A stretch of DNA of 64,000 bases from an uncultured delta proteobacterium (GTDB lineage Bacteria; Myxococcota_A; Polyangia; Polyangiales; JAFGIB01), in contig CAVZVA010000005.1 in assembly GCA_963778655.1 (NCBI GenBank), forward strand, positions 192,001-256,000. Direction: 5' to 3'. Positions 20,101 to 29,565 of this stretch are shown here, piece after piece. A program made the position numbers and the translations under genes. The notes beneath the pieces were generated by a model. That model had not been told where the DNA came from. It saw only the letters and a program-made list of their open reading frames with translations, and did not search any database. How positions within the stretch are numbered: position 1 is the first letter of the stretch; every line of letters begins with the position of its first letter.

Positions 20101-20399
20101 GGTCGAGCCCCGCCTCGCCGGGCTCTCTCATCCAAGTGCCCTTGGGCCCTGCACCTTAACACGGAACGAAGGCGGGCACCAAACCCCGCTCGAGCCCCGC
20201 GCGCGGCGTGTTGGAAGGGCCACGGATCGAGGCGCGCGCCGCGCGCCAAGGCCGCGAATTTGCAGTCCCCCCCTGGTCGGTGAGGCGGATGCACGGTCGA
20301 GCGACGCGGCGTCAAGCTCTTTTTCGCGATCGCGGCCGGAGCCGCCCGCGGAGCCGGGATTCGCCTTCCTTCGGCCCGGCCCCGACGTATACTTAGGAA

Positions 20400-20416
20400 A
20401 CGGCACGGGGGTTGCT
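20400..20416 (+). promoter_or_regulatory. Sigma-54 (-24/-12) promoter motif upstream of rpoN
   Basis: ACGGCACGGGGGTTGCT: GG at 20402-3, 10-nt spacer, GC at 20414-5. Confidence 0.7.
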
Positions 20417-20455
20417 AGGCGCGACCCCGGCCCGAGCGGGAAGGTACCGAAGCCC

Positions 20456-21928
20456 TTGGAGCTCAAGCAGCAGCTCAAGCTGTCCCAGCAGCTGGTCATG
20501 ACGCCCCAGCTGCAACAGGCGATCCGCCTGCTGCAGATGTCGCGCATGGAGCTGGTCGAGACGGTGCGCCAGGAGCTGCTCGAGAACCCCGTGCTCGAGG
20601 ACCAGCGCGAGGTCGAGGGCGGTGGGATGCCCTCCGAAGGCGGGAGCAACGGCGAAGCGCGCGCGACCAACGGCGAGAGCCTGGCCGAGCGTCATGGCGA
20701 TCTCGACACGCGCTCCGCCGACAAGAAGGTCTCCGAGATCGACTGGGAGCGCTACATCGAGAACCACGCGATGCAGGCTCCGATGCCGGGAGGCTCGTAC
20801 CGGGGCTTTGACGAGCTGCCCAGCTACGAGACCACGCTCAGCAAAAGCGAGGATCTGACCGATCACCTGGAGTGGCAGGTGCGGATGAGCGACATGGTCG
20901 AGAACGAGCGCCGCTTTGCCGCGCTGGTGCTCGGCAACCTGGACGACAAGGGTTACCTCACGCTCGAGGGGCTGACGCCGGAGCAGGTGGTGCCCAAGCT
21001 CGCGCAAGAAGCCGATCTCGACCCCGAGGACGCCGAAGAAGTGCTCAAGATGATCCAGCGCTTCGACCCGATCGGCGTCGCCAGCCGCGACCTGTGCGAG
21101 TGCCTGCGGGTGCAGGCGGAGCACTGGGACATGGACGCGCTGGTGCTCAAGATCATCGACGAGCACCTGCCCGATCTGGAGCGCCGCAACTACCAGGGCA
21201 TCGCCAAGAAGCTCGCCGTGGACATTGACGACGTCTACGACGTGGCCCAGGTGATCGGCGAGCTGGAGCCCAGGCCGGCGCGCAACTTCGTCTCCGCGCA
21301 GACCCAGTACATCGAGCCCGACGTGTGGGTGCACAAGGTCGGCGATCGCTACTTCGTGGTGGCCAACGACGACGGTATGCCGCGGCTCAAGATCAGTGGG
21401 TTCTACCGCTCGGTGATGCAGGGCCAGCCCGAGGCCAAGGAATACATTCAGAACAAGATGCGCAGCGCGCAGTGGCTCATCCGCAGCATCGATCAGCGGC
21501 GCAAGACGATCGAGCGTGTCACCGAGTGCATCGTGAGCAAGCAGCGCGACTTCTTCGAGCTGGGCATCGAGCACCTCAAGCCGATGATTCTGCGCGACGT
21601 GGCCGAGGAGGTGGGCATGCACGAGAGCACCATCTCGCGCGTCACCAGCAACAAGTACGTGGCCACGCCCCGCGGGCTGTTCGAGCTCAAGTTTTTCTTC
21701 AACAGCGCGATCCGGCGTTCCTCGGACCAGGACGACATCGCCTCCGAAAGCGTCAAGCAAGCGATCAAGAAGCTGATTGATTCCGAGGACGCGCACCGGC
21801 CCTACAGCGACCAGAAGATCGTCGAGCTGCTGGCGCAGCAGAGGATCATGATCGCGAGGCGAACAGTGGCCAAGTACCGCGAGATGCTGGGGCTGCTCAG
21901 CTCGTCCAAACGCAAGAAGTACTTCTGA
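20456..21928 (+). CDS. rpoN: RNA polymerase sigma-54 factor
   Basis: Region I LKLSQQLVMTPQLQQAIRLLQ, HTH MHESTISRV, RpoN box ARRTVAKYRE; probable TTG start. Confidence 0.97.
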   Translation: MELKQQLKLSQQLVMTPQLQQAIRLLQMSRMELVETVRQELLENPVLEDQREVEGGGMPSEGGSNGEARATNGESLAERHGDLDTRSADKKVSEIDWERYIENHAMQAPMPGGSYRGFDELPSYETTLSKSEDLTDHLEWQVRMSDMVENERRFAALVLGNLDDKGYLTLEGLTPEQVVPKLAQEADLDPEDAEEVLKMIQRFDPIGVASRDLCECLRVQAEHWDMDALVLKIIDEHLPDLERRNYQGIAKKLAVDIDDVYDVAQVIGELEPRPARNFVSAQTQYIEPDVWVHKVGDRYFVVANDDGMPRLKISGFYRSVMQGQPEAKEYIQNKMRSAQWLIRSIDQRRKTIERVTECIVSKQRDFFELGIEHLKPMILRDVAEEVGMHESTISRVTSNKYVATPRGLFELKFFFNSAIRRSSDQDDIASESVKQAIKKLIDSEDAHRPYSDQKIVELLAQQRIMIARRTVAKYREMLGLLSSSKRKKYF

Positions 21929-22097
21929 ATGAGCGACGCGATTTGTGCCAAACGAGGGTGCGGGGGGTGCTGGAATCGGCCCCGGTCGCCGCGGGTTGGC
22001 AAGGTGAGGGTTGGCGCGGTCCGGGCGATCGGCCGCGCGCGGCGCTTGGTTTGTCTTTGTCACTCAAGCTGGAGACCCCGGGTTTCACGAGGAGCGC

Positions 22098-22421
22098 ATG
22101 CATATCGAATTCACGTTCCGCAACCTGGAATCGTCGGACGCGATCAAGAGCTACGCGGCCGACAAGCTCGGTAAGTTGCAGAAGTATCTCAAAGCGCCGC
22201 TCGACGCGCAGGTCACGTTCTCCCTCGAACGGCATCTGCACTGCGTCGACGTGAGCTTCAGCGCCGGTGCCGAGCACCATCAGGGGCGCGCGGAGCAAGA
22301 GGATATGTACGCGTCCATCGACCTGGTGGTCGACAAGATCCACCGCCAGATCAATCGCGCCAAGGAACTGGCCGGCGACCACCGCCGCGGCCGGCTTCCG
22401 AGCGAGAGCCCCGGGGAGTGA
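22098..22421 (+). CDS. hpf: Ribosome hibernation promoting factor/RaiA (short form)
   Basis: ITFRN-like start, DAIKSYAADKL.KL.KY, EDMYASIDLVVDKI.RQI; downstream of rpoN. Confidence 0.9.
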   Translation: MHIEFTFRNLESSDAIKSYAADKLGKLQKYLKAPLDAQVTFSLERHLHCVDVSFSAGAEHHQGRAEQEDMYASIDLVVDKIHRQINRAKELAGDHRRGRLPSESPGE

Positions 22422-22548
22422 GCCGGCGGACCGGGGCGCTTTTTCGCCGGCCCGCGGCGGGCTTGGCCCGGAAAAGTTGGCTATACTCGGCGGCGTTTGG
22501 GGGGACGGCTCATGGCTGGTCCCCCCAACGCGTCGAAGGGCAGTACCC

Positions 22549-23007
22549 ATGCGCTTGGCCGACGTGCTCAAAGTCGAGAGAATTCGCACCGATCTCTGCG
22601 CCGCCGACAAGGAAGGGACGCTGAGGGCGCTGGCGCGGATGTTTGCCCAAGGCGACCAGCGGCTGGACGAGGAGGCGGTCTACCGGGCGTTCTCGGAACG
22701 CGAGCGGGTCGCCAGCACCGGCGTCGGCAGCGGCATCGCCATTCCACACGGCCGCGTGGATATCGCCGACTTCCGGGTGGTGGTGGCGATCAGCCCCGAG
22801 GGCGTGCCGTTCGACTCCGCCGACGGCGGGCTGGCCCACATCTTCTTCGCCGTGCTCGGCCCGCGGCAGAACCCGGCCGATCAGCTGCGGATGCTCGCGC
22901 GTATCTCGCGGGTGCTCAAAGATCAATCCGTCCGCAGCCGCCTGCTTCGGGCGGCCTCCAGTCAGGACGCGTTTCAGATCGTGGTCGAGGAAGAGCTGCG
23001 CCACTGA
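22549..23007 (+). CDS. ptsN: PTS EIIA (Ntr-type)
   Basis: ERERVASTGVGSGIAIPHG phospho-His motif; rpoN context. Confidence 0.88.
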   Translation: MRLADVLKVERIRTDLCAADKEGTLRALARMFAQGDQRLDEEAVYRAFSERERVASTGVGSGIAIPHGRVDIADFRVVVAISPEGVPFDSADGGLAHIFFAVLGPRQNPADQLRMLARISRVLKDQSVRSRLLRAASSQDAFQIVVEEELRH

Positions 23008-23075
23008 CAGTCGCGCTCACCGCTGACCGAACCCGATTCAGGACTCGGGGCCTGCCCGGGTGGTAGATTGGCACC

Positions 23076-23939
23076 GTGAGCTCGCTGCACATGGTGGTCG
23101 TCACCGGCATGTCCGGCGCCGGGCGCAGCACCGCGCTGCGCGTGCTCGAGGATCTGGGCTACTTCTGCGTCGACAACATCCCGCCTGCGCTGATCCCCGG
23201 GCTGGTCGAGCTGCTGACCGAGGAGCAGGAGCTGCGCAGGCTCGCGGTCGGCGTCGACGTGCGGACCGGGCGTTTTCTGGAGGGCGCCCTGGATGTGCTC
23301 GACGCGCTGGTCGCCGCCGGCCATCAGGTCGAGCTGGTCTTCCTCGAGGCGCAGGACGACGAGCTGGTGCGGCGCTTCAGCGAGACGCGCCGCTCCCATC
23401 CGCTGGCGCCCGGCGGCAACCTGCTCGAGGCGATCCAGCGAGAGCGCGAGCGGCTGGCGCCCCTGCGAGGCCGCGCCGGCCTGCTCGTCGACACCACCGG
23501 CATGTCGGTGCACGACCTACGTCGCATGCTCGTCGACTACATCGCGCGCGGCGGGCGGCGCTCGCACATGATCACTCGGATCGTGTCGTTTGGCTTCAAG
23601 TACGGGCTACCGGTGGACGCCGACCTGGTGTTCGACCTGCGCTACTTGCCCAATCCCCATTTCGTGCCGGCCCTGCGTCCCAAGACCGGGCTCGATCCCG
23701 AGGTCGCTGCCTTTGTGCTTCAGACCTCGGAGGGCCGTGAGCTGCTCGAGGATCTGAGCTCGCTGCTCACCAAGCTGCTGCCGCGCTACGAGCGCGAGGG
23801 CAAGAGCTACTTGACCATTGCGGTCGGCTGCACCGGCGGCCGCCATCGTTCGGTGGCCGTGGCCGAGGCCCTGGCCGAGGCCCTGCGCGGCGCCGGCGAC
23901 GTGCGTGTCGAGCACCGCGACGTGTCGATGGCCGATTGA
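23076..23939 (+). CDS. rapZ: RNase adapter RapZ
   Basis: TGMSGAGRS, CVDNIP, RRFSETRR.HPL, SFGFKYG, LPNP, GCTGGRHRSV. Confidence 0.95.
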   Translation: MSSLHMVVVTGMSGAGRSTALRVLEDLGYFCVDNIPPALIPGLVELLTEEQELRRLAVGVDVRTGRFLEGALDVLDALVAAGHQVELVFLEAQDDELVRRFSETRRSHPLAPGGNLLEAIQRERERLAPLRGRAGLLVDTTGMSVHDLRRMLVDYIARGGRRSHMITRIVSFGFKYGLPVDADLVFDLRYLPNPHFVPALRPKTGLDPEVAAFVLQTSEGRELLEDLSSLLTKLLPRYEREGKSYLTIAVGCTGGRHRSVAVAEALAEALRGAGDVRVEHRDVSMAD

Positions 23940-24096
23940 CGCGTTGCAGGCCCGTAACAAGTGTCTTCGTTTCGGCCGCGCTGTGCCCGTGCGCGTTGCG
24001 CGGCGAACGAATCGTCCCTACTATCCATCGAGGTCGCGCGTACCCCGTTCGGAGCCCTCCGTGGGCCGAACCGTCAGGAGGGGTCGAACGGTTCTG

Positions 24097-24372
24097 GTGG
24101 CCGAGGTCCGGAGAACCTTCCGCATCATCAATCAGCTTGGGCTTCATGCCCGGGCCGCCAGCGTGCTGTCCAAGCTCGCGGCGAGCTTCAGCGCCGACGT
24201 CCTGATCGAAAAGGACGGTCAGAAGGCCCGCGCCAGCAGCGTGATCGAGCTGCTGCTGTTGTGCGGGCAGCCCGGCTCGGATATCACGGTCGTGGCCCGG
24301 GGCGACGATGCCGAGCAGGCCGTGCACGCCATCGGGGCCCTGATCGGCGATCGCTTTGGGGAGGGGAGCTGA
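24097..24372 (+). CDS. ptsH: HPr family phosphocarrier
   Basis: NQLGLHARAA (His15), ASSVIELL (Ser46 region), FGE end. Confidence 0.9.
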   Translation: MAEVRRTFRIINQLGLHARAASVLSKLAASFSADVLIEKDGQKARASSVIELLLLCGQPGSDITVVARGDDAEQAVHAIGALIGDRFGEGS

Positions 24373-24429
24373 GCGCATCATGCGCCTTCGGCACACGCTG
24401 GCGGAGTTGTCCGTGGGGGCGTCGCAGCC

Positions 24430-26202
24430 ATGACCCGCGAGCGGGTCGTGTTGCGGGGTATCGTCGCGGCGCCCGGCGTGGGCGTGGGCAAGGCCATCGT
24501 GATCGACTCGCGCCACCAGCACGTGCGGCACCACCGCATCGAGGACGGCGAGACCGAGTTCGAGATCGAGCGCCTGCGGCAGGCGATCGATCGCTCGCGC
24601 GGCGAGCTGGAGGACATCCGCCAGCGCATGGGGGAGGACGCGCCCGCCGACTACCGACTGATCCTCGAGGCGCACCTGATGATGCACAGCGACGAGTTGC
24701 TGGTCGACATCGCGACAGAAGCGATCTCGCGCGACCAGGTCAGCGCCGAATGGGCGGTGGAGCGCGCCATCGGCCAGATCGCCCACCACCTGGCGCAGGC
24801 GCCGGTCGACTACTTCCGCGATCGCGCGGTCGACGTGGAGCACGTCGGCCGCCGTATCATCGCGCAGCTCGCCGGCCGCGTCTCCTCGCTGCCCACCGGG
24901 CTCGAGGATGCGGTGTTGGTGATCGACGACCTGCACCCGGCCGATGCGGCGCAGTTGATCGAGACGCCAGTGGCCGCGCTCGTCACCGGGTTGGGCAGCG
25001 CCACCAGCCACAGCGCGATCCTCGCGCGCGCGCTCGAGATCCCGGCGATCGTCGGCGTGGCCGGTATTACCGAGCGCGTGGGCGAGGGCGACGAGCTGGT
25101 GGTGGATGCATTCGGCGGCGAGGTGGTGCTCGAGCCGAGCCCGGAGGAGTGCGATCGCGCGCGCGTGCGCTCGCGGCGCTTTCGCCAGTTCACCCGCAAG
25201 CTGCGCGAGAGCAGCGGCGCGCGCACGCAGACCAGCGACGGCGTCGCGGTGGCGCTGATGGCCAACGTAGATTTGCCGGCGGAGGCGGCGCTGGCGGCGC
25301 GCGTCTTCGCCCACGGCATCGGGCTGTACCGCACCGAGTTCCTGTTTCTGAACCGCCCCGAGCCGCCGACCGAGGCCGAGCAGTACGAGGTGTATGCCGA
25401 CATCGTGCGCAAGACCCTGCCGCACGTGGTCACGCTGCGCACCATCGACATGGGCGGCGAGGCGCTCAAGGGCAGCGCCGCCGTGCCTGCGGTGCCCAAC
25501 CCCGCGCTCGGGCTGCGGGCGATTCGGCTCGCGCTGGCGCGGCCGGAGCTGCTGGGTGCGCAGCTGCGCGCGGTGCTGCGCGCCTCGACGCTGGGGCCGG
25601 TGCGTCTGATGTTCCCGCTGGTGGCCGGCCTGAAGGAGCTGCGCCAGGCGCGCGCCGCCATGGAGCAAGCGCGCGCGGCCCTGCAGGAACGCGGCGAGCA
25701 GAGCGGATCGCCCGAGGTCGGCGTGATGATCGAGCTGCCGTCGGCGGTGATGATGGCCGATCGCTTCGCGCAGGAGTGCGACTTCCTTTCCGTCGGTACC
25801 AACGACCTGGTGCAGTACGCCCTGGCGGTGGACCGCAGCAATCCGGCGGTGGCCTACCTGGCGCAGTCGCTCGACCCTGCGGTGCTGCGCATGCTGGCCA
25901 CCGTGGTCAGAGGCGCCGCTGGCCAGGGCAAGCCGCTATCGATGTGCGGCGACATGGCCGCGGACGCCTTCGTGCTGCCGATCGTGGTGGGGCTCGGCTA
26001 CCGCACACTCTCCGTTCCGGTGAGCGCGCTACCGCTGGTGCGCGAGGTGCTGCGCCGCATCGACAGCGAGAAGGCGCACGCGGTGGCGACCAGCGCGCTC
26101 GAGTGCACCACCGCCGACGAGGTGACGTGGCTGCTGGCGAGCGAGTTCGGCAAGGAGCTGGGCTCCCTGTGGAGTGAGGCCGGCATCGAGCGGCCGACGT
26201 GA
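24430..26202 (+). CDS. ptsI: PEP-protein phosphotransferase (enzyme I)
   Basis: GSATSHSAILAR phospho-His, GLYRTEFLF, NPALGLRAIR, MIELPSA, SVGTNDLVQY, SMCGDMA; no N-terminal GAF. Confidence 0.95.
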   Translation: MTRERVVLRGIVAAPGVGVGKAIVIDSRHQHVRHHRIEDGETEFEIERLRQAIDRSRGELEDIRQRMGEDAPADYRLILEAHLMMHSDELLVDIATEAISRDQVSAEWAVERAIGQIAHHLAQAPVDYFRDRAVDVEHVGRRIIAQLAGRVSSLPTGLEDAVLVIDDLHPADAAQLIETPVAALVTGLGSATSHSAILARALEIPAIVGVAGITERVGEGDELVVDAFGGEVVLEPSPEECDRARVRSRRFRQFTRKLRESSGARTQTSDGVAVALMANVDLPAEAALAARVFAHGIGLYRTEFLFLNRPEPPTEAEQYEVYADIVRKTLPHVVTLRTIDMGGEALKGSAAVPAVPNPALGLRAIRLALARPELLGAQLRAVLRASTLGPVRLMFPLVAGLKELRQARAAMEQARAALQERGEQSGSPEVGVMIELPSAVMMADRFAQECDFLSVGTNDLVQYALAVDRSNPAVAYLAQSLDPAVLRMLATVVRGAAGQGKPLSMCGDMAADAFVLPIVVGLGYRTLSVPVSALPLVREVLRRIDSEKAHAVATSALECTTADEVTWLLASEFGKELGSLWSEAGIERPT

Positions 26203-26228
26203 CGAGCAGAGCCCGGGGCTTTCGCAAT

Positions 26229-26254
26229 CACAGGCAGGGCGGGAAGACGGGAAG
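26229..26254 (+). repeat. REP-like repeat copy (26 bp)
   Basis: CACAGGCAGGGCGGGAAGACGGGAAG between convergent genes. Confidence 0.65.
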
Positions 26255-26325
26255 GGCTCATTGCTGATCTGACTCGCTCGTTCCGCCTTCCGGCCCGCCA
26301 GGTTTCATGCTCCTTGCGTGAACCC

Positions 26326-26850
26326 TCAGCGGGCCAGCGGGGCAGTGAATTCGGCCAGGGCGGCCTGGTCCAGGGCGCCGACGTGGCGCGCGATCAGGCG
26401 CCCGCTTGCGTCCAGCAGCAGGTAGGTCGGCACGGTGTCGATGTGCCCGAGGGGGGTCGTGTCCGTGAGCACGCGGTTGTGCGGCTCGTAGGCAAGCGGA
26501 AAGCTCACCGCCAGCGCTTCGCGATACAGCGGTAGCAGCTGCTCGGGGTTGGGTTGCACCGCAATGCCCAGCGCGCGCAGCTTCGGCCGGGAGCGCAGGA
26601 AGCTCTCGAGCGGGGTCAGCGCGAGCTGACAGGTCTGGTCGAAGGTCGTGAACACGAACAACAGCAGCGGCCGTCCGCGCAGCGCCGCGAGCTCCAGGGG
26701 GTGGCCGTCGGCGCCGGTCAGGGTCAGCTCGACCGGCGCGCTGGCCGCGCTCCCGCTGTCGCCGCGCGCCGGCGGCACGCACGCTGCGCTCAGACACAGC
26801 GCGGAGGTGAGCCCCGCGCGCGCGGCGCCTCGCAGCCGCGGCGCGATCAT
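26326..26850 (-). CDS. TlpA/redoxin-like thioredoxin-fold lipoprotein
   Basis: LRGRPLLLFVFTTFDQTC, VPTYLLLDASGRLIARHVG; lipobox-like SAAC. Confidence 0.75.
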   Translation of the reverse strand: MIAPRLRGAARAGLTSALCLSAACVPPARGDSGSAASAPVELTLTGADGHPLELAALRGRPLLLFVFTTFDQTCQLALTPLESFLRSRPKLRALGIAVQPNPEQLLPLYREALAVSFPLAYEPHNRVLTDTTPLGHIDTVPTYLLLDASGRLIARHVGALDQAALAEFTAPLAR

Positions 26851-27386
26851 TCGAAGCCGGCGTCCAGAACCGTGCGCTGGCCCTTGTCGATGCGCACGCC
26901 GTCGAAGCGCTTTTCCTGGGTGCGGTAGCGCGCCACGACCGCGTAGGTGCCGGCGCTGAGGTGCGCGGACACCCCGCTGCCCAGCGTGCCGATCTGACGG
27001 CTGTCTTTGCGGATGATCGCCATGCCCGCGGTGTCGCGGCCCTGGCTGGTGATGCGCACCTCGAGCAGGCCGGTCGCGAAGTCGGCCACCAGCTTGCGCG
27101 GCGCGTCCCCGGCCGCCACCTCCAGCGGCTGGCGCTGCTGGGGCGCATCGAGCGCGCCGTCCAGGCTCAGCACCGCAACGTGCGAGCCGACCGGAACCGA
27201 AAGCGGCTTGCCGCAGGTTCCGCGCACCAGCTCGTTGGAGCCGTCGAGCACCGCGATCGTGCCCGAGGCGGCCTGCCCGTTTTCCCTGATTTCGCAGCTC
27301 ACCTTGCCGTCGCCCGCGGCCAGGGCCTTGGGGTCGCAGACCAGCAGGGTGAGCAGCACGAGTGCAGCGAGCCGTGAACGCAGCAT
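26847..27386 (-). CDS. Hypothetical secreted protein (two beta-rich repeats)
   Basis: Signal peptide ending ALA; LSAGTYAVVARY PEGA-like strands; overlaps next gene by 4 nt. Confidence 0.7.
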   Translation of the reverse strand: MLRSRLAALVLLTLLVCDPKALAAGDGKVSCEIRENGQAASGTIAVLDGSNELVRGTCGKPLSVPVGSHVAVLSLDGALDAPQQRQPLEVAAGDAPRKLVADFATGLLEVRITSQGRDTAGMAIIRKDSRQIGTLGSGVSAHLSAGTYAVVARYRTQEKRFDGVRIDKGQRTVLDAGFE

Positions 27387-27525
27387 GAGGGACCTTCCCG
27401 TGGGGCGACCCGCCCCCGGCGAGCCCCCTACACGGCTATCCTCGCGCGGCCGGGCTCCGGATGCCAGAGCCGCGTTTCGGCGTCTGCCCGCGCCCTCGCA
27501 CCTGGCCGCGATCCCCGTCGCCCGC

Positions 27526-27554
27526 TTGACACCGGACGCGCCCGCGGCTACTAA
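27526..27554 (+). promoter_or_regulatory. Putative sigma-70-type promoter of rplM
   Basis: TTGACA-17 nt-TACTAA. Confidence 0.5.
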
Positions 27555-27601
27555 ACCGCTCCCCGCGGGACTCCGAAGCTCGCGCCCGCGCGGTTGCAAC
27601 T

Positions 27602-28036
27602 ATGCCTACTCACAGCGCAAAGCCGTCCGAAGTCGACCGCAAGTGGTGGGTCGTCGACGCCGCTGATCAGCCGCTCGGGCGGCTGGCGTCGCAGGTGGCG
27701 TCGGTGCTTCGCGGCAAGCACAAGCCGACTTTCACCCCGCACATGGACGCCGGCGACTTCGTGATCGTGGTCAACGCGGAACGGGTCAAGCTCACGGGCA
27801 ACAAGCTCGACGGCAAGTTCTTCCGCACCCACTCGGGCATCCCCGGCGGCTTCAAGCAGCGCCCCTATCGCTACATGCTCGCGCACCACGCCGAACGCGC
27901 GGTCCAGCGTGCGGTGGTCGGCATGCTGCCCAAGGGTCCGCTCGGGCGCCGCGTGGCGTCCAAGCTCAAGGTCTACGTCGGCGCCACCCATCCGCACGCC
28001 GCCCAACAGCCCGCGGCACTTCCCCTGAAGTCTTGA
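27602..28036 (+). CDS. rplM: 50S ribosomal protein L13
   Basis: WWVVDAA...[31 protein letters not shown]. Confidence 0.98.
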   Translation: MPTHSAKPSEVDRKWWVVDAADQPLGRLASQVASVLRGKHKPTFTPHMDAGDFVIVVNAERVKLTGNKLDGKFFRTHSGIPGGFKQRPYRYMLAHHAERAVQRAVVGMLPKGPLGRRVASKLKVYVGATHPHAAQQPAALPLKS

Positions 28037-28049
28037 GTCGAAGGTAACG

Positions 28050-28448
28050 ATGGCCACCATCCACGGCAAAGCCTATGGCACCGGTCGGCGCAAGAACGCG
28101 GTCGCCCGCGTGTTCCTGCGTCCTGGCAGCGGCAGCATCACGGTCAACGGGCGACCGGTGGCGGAGTACTTTCCGCGCCAGACCTCGCAGATGATCGTGC
28201 GCCAGCCGCTCGAGCTGGTGGAGAAGGCTGGCGAGCTCGACGTCACCGTCAACGTGTGTGGCGGCGGCGAGTCGGGACAGGCAGGCGCCGTGCGCCACGG
28301 CATCTCGCGCGCGCTGCTGGTGATCGACGTGGGGCTGCGTCCCAAGCTCAAGGAAAACGGCTTCCTGACGCGCGACGCCCGCAAGAAGGAGCGCAAGAAG
28401 CCCGGCCAGCCCGGCGCCCGCAAGCGCTTCCAATACAGCAAGCGTTGA
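28050..28448 (+). CDS. rpsI: 30S ribosomal protein S9
   Basis: [32 protein letters not shown]. Confidence 0.98.
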   Translation: MATIHGKAYGTGRRKNAVARVFLRPGSGSITVNGRPVAEYFPRQTSQMIVRQPLELVEKAGELDVTVNVCGGGESGQAGAVRHGISRALLVIDVGLRPKLKENGFLTRDARKKERKKPGQPGARKRFQYSKR

Positions 28449-28473
28449 GTTATCGGGAGGATCATCGGCTGCG

Positions 28474-29364
28474 ATGATCCGGGTGCTGCACTTCAGCGAT
28501 GTGCACGTCGACGTCGCGTTGCGGGCGCTGCCGGCGCGGGAGCTGCTGGGCAAGCGCGCGCTCGGTGCCGTGAACCTGCTCTTGCGCCGCAAGCGGCGTT
28601 TCGCGGCCGCGCGCAGCAAGCTCGAAGCGCTCGCGCGCTTCGCCGAGCGCGAGGCGATCGATCTCGTGATCTGCACCGGCGACTACACCGCGCTCGGCAC
28701 GCTGCCCGAGCTGCAGGCCGCGCGGGCTGCGGTCGAGCCGCTCACGCGCAGGCCGCGCGGCTTCGTCACCGTGCCCGGCAACCACGACCTCTACATGCCC
28801 GACACCGTCGCCGATCGCCGCTTCGCGCGGGTGTTCGGCGATCTGCTGGGCACCGACTGGCCGGAGCACGCGGTCGACGACGGCTGGCCTGCGGTTCGCC
28901 TGTACGAGCCCGGGCTGGCGGTGGTCACGGTCAACAGCGCGCGCCCGAACCCGCAGCCGTGGCGCTCGAGCGGCCGCATCCCGCAGGCGCAGCTCGACGC
29001 CTTGCCCGTCCTGCTCGCCGATTCCCGGCTGCGGGAGCGCGCCGTCCTGCTGGCCACACACTACGCGCCGCGGCGCCGCGACGGCACCCCCGATCGCTTT
29101 TCGCACGGGCTCGAGAACGCCGACGCGCTGCTGCGCATCTGCGCCGCGGTGCCGCGGTGCGCGATCCTCCACGGCCACATCCACCGCTGCTATCACCTGC
29201 TGCCGCCCGGGGGTCCGCACTTGTTCGGCGCCGGCAGCGCGACCGACGAGGGGCGCGAAGGCTTGTGGCTGTTCGAGGTTTCGCCCGGGCGCGTGCACGC
29301 CTGGCCCGGCCACTTCGCGGGCGGCGATTATCAGCTCGACCGCACGCGCGCGGTCGAGCTCTGA
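28474..29364 (+). CDS. Calcineurin-like metallophosphoesterase
   Basis: HFSDVH, TGDYT, VPGNHD, LHGHIH. Confidence 0.9.
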   Translation: MIRVLHFSDVHVDVALRALPARELLGKRALGAVNLLLRRKRRFAAARSKLEALARFAEREAIDLVICTGDYTALGTLPELQAARAAVEPLTRRPRGFVTVPGNHDLYMPDTVADRRFARVFGDLLGTDWPEHAVDDGWPAVRLYEPGLAVVTVNSARPNPQPWRSSGRIPQAQLDALPVLLADSRLRERAVLLATHYAPRRRDGTPDRFSHGLENADALLRICAAVPRCAILHGHIHRCYHLLPPGGPHLFGAGSATDEGREGLWLFEVSPGRVHAWPGHFAGGDYQLDRTRAVEL

Positions 29365-29533
29365 GCCCGGTTTCGCCCTTCTGGGGCGGATGATCGCGCA
29401 GGATAGGGGGGTTCAAGGCGTTTGGTGCGACGCAGGAAGGGTAGGTCGCCTTTCAAAGAGCAGGGGACGGCCCGAAAAGCGCTGCACAAGTGAGGGCCGC
29501 TGGAAAGCGGGCGAAACCCGAGTCTGAGCCCGC

Positions 29534-29565
29534 AGCTGTCGGTGCACCGCTTCGGCAGCTTTTTT
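29534..29565 (+). terminator. Putative intrinsic terminator
   Basis: AGCTGTCG-11 nt-CGGCAGCT followed by T-run. Confidence 0.6.
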
